Positions 61,188 through 64,000 of a stretch of 64,000 nucleotides of DNA are shown here, piece by piece (position 1 is the first letter of the stretch; each line of letters opens with the position of its first letter). The translations under genes and the position numbers were made by a program. Source of the DNA: Candidatus Latescibacterota bacterium (GTDB lineage: Bacteria; Latescibacterota; UBA2968; UBA8231); the NCBI GenBank assembly GCA_965223905.1, contig CBDCXV010000010.1:256001-320000 (forward strand). The letters are read 5' to 3'. A model generated the notes under the pieces. That model worked only from the letters and a program-made list of their open reading frames with translations. It made no database searches and was not told the DNA's origin.

Positions 61188-61301
61188 CCGACTATCCTGC
61201 CATCCTTGTAGCCTGCTTTTCCGGGCGCCACCGACTGCGATTCGCGGATCCCGGAGGCGGCCGTTCGGAGGACCCCATTGCCTGCGGCTGCCATCCTTCC
61301 T

Positions 61302-61329
61302 ATTCTTGCACAATTGAGTTTGCAAGAAT
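61302..61329. promoter_or_regulatory. palindromic operator upstream of the XRE gene
   Basis: ATTCTTGCA-N10-TGCAAGAAT, AT-rich, about 20 bp before the ATG at 61351. Confidence 0.55.
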
Positions 61330-61350
61330 TTCAAGCATCCGGAGATTCGA

Positions 61351-62455
61351 ATGGCGGAACAGCTCATAGGCGCGCGGATCAAGGCGCTGCGGGAAAAGCG
61401 CGGGCTTTCCCAGGACAGCCTGGCGCAACTTTTCGGCTTCAAGGATCGCCAGACCGTTTCGGCCATCGAGACCGGCCTCCGGCGCGTTACCGCGGAGGAA
61501 CTGGTGCTTGCGGTCGAGAAGCTCGGCGCTCCCCTTGAATACTTCACCGATCCGTTTCTTCTGGTCGGCGAAGGCCGCTTTTCCTGGCGCCAGACCGGCG
61601 TCGATGCAGGGAGGCTCGGAGTACGAACGCCACGCCGGACGCTGGATCGCCTCGTTCCGGTTCCTGGCGCCTCGGGTCGGGCGCCGGACCCCGCTCATGC
61701 GCCGGGCCCTCGCTCTCACCCGTCATTCCCGTTTCGAGGATGCCATGCAGGCAGGAGATCGGTTCGCCGCCGAGTTCGGTCTCGGGGACGAGCCGGCGAC
61801 GCGCCTCGTCGAGGTAATGGAGCAGGATCTCGGCATCATGGTGCTCATGGTCGACGCATGCGACGGCATCTCGGGAGCGGCCTGCCGCCTGCCCGAGCTG
61901 GACGCGGTGCTGATCGCGCGCCGCGAAGTTCCCGGCCGCAGGCATTTCGATCTCGCCCACGAGCTGTTCCACATCCTCACCTGGGATGCGATGCCGCCCG
62001 AGCATTGCGAAGAAGCCCGAGAGACCGGCGGCAATCGGGTCGAGCAGCTGGCCAACAACTTCGCCGGGGCAGTTCTGATGCCGCGCGGCGTCCTGGAGCG
62101 GTTCGCGGATTGGCCGGGGCTGTCCGAAGCGGAACTGATCGCCCGGTTGAACGCGGCTGGCGAACGCGTTGGGCGTGACCGCCACAGCCCTGAAGTGGCG
62201 TTTGGTCGCCCTTGGGGAGCTCAAGCCGGCGACCGCGCGTTCCTTGCCCGAGGAGGCGCTGCGCAACAACGAAAAGAATATCGTCGCCACTGTTCCGCCT
62301 CCCCTTTTCTCGAAGCCCTTCGCCGAGGTGATTGGCCTCGCCATCGACGCGGGTCATGTCTCGGTTCGGCGCATGGCCGACTTGTTGCAACTGGCGGTCG
62401 AAGACCTTGCCGAGCTGTTCATGGCCACGGCGTCGATTGTCCGGTAGACCTGTGA
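61351..62455 (+). CDS. XRE HTH + ImmA/IrrE metallopeptidase fusion (frameshifted)
   Basis: IGARIKALR..GLSQ..LA HTH; ISGAAC, RRHFDLAHELFH, EQLANNFAGAVLMP. Confidence 0.88.
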
Positions 62456-62865
62456 GGGGCACCGCGCCACCGCGGCCCTGTACTGGTCGATACGAACGTC
62501 ATTCTCGAGTCGCACCGGGATGGGGGCTTGGCGGGCGCTCGCCGGAGGCCTCCTGAGACCTCCGAGGATTGCTTGACGGAAACACAGACGGGATTTCAGA
62601 CGGCGTCGCCCGGAGCAGCGGATCGATTCCGAGGAGCGCGCGAATCGCTTGCCGCGGTCCACTCCGTTGCAGCCCGGGACCGCGCCGAGTTGGCGATTCG
62701 CGTGCCCGATATCGCGCTGGAATCGGGGAGGCGTCCCTCTGGGCACACGCCCTGAGCCGCAAAGACGCCTCGGTGCTGTGCGGCCCTGACAAGGCCAGTC
62801 TTCGGGGATGGCACAGGAAAACGCTCGGAGAGATCGTTCTCGCAGAAAAAGGCACGAGTTGGTAG
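62452..62865 (+). pseudogene. PIN-like domain protein, degraded
   Basis: Across frames: LVDTNVILE, EDCLTETQTG, GEASLWAHA, LCGPDKASLR. Confidence 0.65.
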
Positions 62866-63059
62866 AGGGTTGCCGTATGCCTTCATTTCTCATCTCCAAC
62901 TCCCCCAGCACCCCCAGCAAGGAAACCTGGAAATTGAAGAGCATAACGAGAGCATGCGTTTGACAGCCCTGATTTCACCACGGGAAGCTATTGCTCGCGG
63001 CAATCTTCCGGCCGCTTCGCGCCGTGTGCTGCAACGGATACGAGTGCGGTAGAAGCCCG

Positions 63060-63809
63060 ATGAGCACCCTCGACTTCCGCCCCCGGGTTCCCGTGTTCGA
63101 CGCCAACATCGGCGTCGGCCACCGGCACGACCGGCCCTCCCCCTGCCCGGACGCCGACAGCCTGCTGGAGGAAATGGACCGCCACGGCGTCGGCCGCGGC
63201 CTCGTCTACCACCTGCAGGGGGAGCGGATCAGCGCGATCGCGGGGAACGAGGCCCTGGCGGAATGGGAGCACGAGGCGCTTTTCCCCCAGTGGATGGCCG
63301 GCCCGAGCGGCGATTCCCTGCGCCAGCTGCAGTCGCTGCACGGCGACGGCAGGCTGCGCAGCGTCCGCCTGCACAACACGGAGGAGTGCCGCATCCCGTT
63401 CGCCGACTGGGTCTACGGCGAGCTGCTGGCCTGGCTCGACGCCGAGCGCATCCCGCTCTGGGTGTCGCTGGCCGACACCCCGCCGGTCGAGATCATGGAG
63501 ACCCTGCGCCGCTACCCCGGCCTGCGCGCGGTGCTTCTTGGCGCCCACTACACCCACAGCGCGGTGCTGGTCCCGATGCTGAAACGGTTGCCGAACGCCT
63601 CCCTGGAGCTGAGCCGCTTCGAGAATCTCGGCGGCATCGAGGCGCTGGTGGCCGGGTTCGGGGCCGGGCGCTTCCTCTACGGATCCTTCTTTCCCCGCTA
63701 CGCCATGGGCCCGATGCTCTTCTACCTGCACCACACCGCCCTCGACGACGCCGCCCTGGCGGCGATCTGCTCTGGAAACCTCGAGCGCCTTCTGGGGGAA
63801 ACCCCGTGA
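63060..63809 (+). CDS. amidohydrolase family protein
   Basis: FDANIGVG, LLEEMDRHGV, GNE, FGAGRFLYGSFFP, GNLERLL. Confidence 0.85.
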   Translation: MSTLDFRPRVPVFDANIGVGHRHDRPSPCPDADSLLEEMDRHGVGRGLVYHLQGERISAIAGNEALAEWEHEALFPQWMAGPSGDSLRQLQSLHGDGRLRSVRLHNTEECRIPFADWVYGELLAWLDAERIPLWVSLADTPPVEIMETLRRYPGLRAVLLGAHYTHSAVLVPMLKRLPNASLELSRFENLGGIEALVAGFGAGRFLYGSFFPRYAMGPMLFYLHHTALDDAALAAICSGNLERLLGETP

Positions 63810-64000
63810 TCGACGGCCACCTCGTCATCGACTTCCACGGGCACGTGGGACGCTGGGATGCGCTCGATGCGGTCGACGACCCGGAGAAGATGCTGCGCGC
63901 CATGGACGCCGCCGGGATCGACCGGAGCTGCCTCTTCAACATCTTCCACCCCGACGGCCGCCCCGGAAACGACGCCACCGCCGCCTTCGCCGCCCGCCAC
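63806..64000 (+). CDS. amidohydrolase family protein (3' end outside window)
   Basis: GTGA overlap; VIDFHGHVG...MLRAMDAAGID...GND. Confidence 0.8.
   Translation, partial: MIDGHLVIDFHGHVGRWDALDAVDDPEKMLRAMDAAGIDRSCLFNIFHPDGRPGNDATAAFAARH

Noticed and set aside
253-62455. Numerous single-base frameshifts (e.g. near 468, 27757, 31897, 51730, 56602, 57432, 60950) as programmed frameshifting or phase variation
   Set aside because: They are scattered through ordinary enzymes with no shared slippery motif; long-read consensus error is the simplest explanation

Overview
A high-GC bacterial chromosomal window with no rRNA operon, canonical tRNA, cas gene or phage gene. It holds many catabolic enzymes (SDRs, Gfo/Idh/MocA, PhyH, TIM-barrel epimerases, enolase-family, GH32) and secreted eukaryotic-like repeat proteins (WD40, YWTD, LRR, ankyrin) with FlgD-Ig-type or 'SWGxIK' C-termini. 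By inference this resembles Latescibacterota/Poribacteria-like host-associated bacteria. Many genes carry single-base frameshifts, probably long-read errors, and several others are true remnants. The main discovery is a 3545-bp IS1-family cargo transposon (42724-46268; 21-bp TIRs, 8-bp TSD GATCCGCT) inserted in a GH32 gene. It carries three unusual parts: (i) a D-armless tRNA/tmRNA-like element with an Ala-type G3:U70 pair and A73 just upstream of the transposase; (ii) a translationally coupled cargo operon (lipoprotein Zn-metalloprotease plus two paralogous coiled-coil proteins); (iii) two tandem ~165-nt structured non-coding units with compensatory base changes. Also notable are a WD40 island bracketed by a 280-bp gene-end duplication and CRISPR-repeat-like sequences, and modular exchange of C-terminal sorting domains among secreted proteins.
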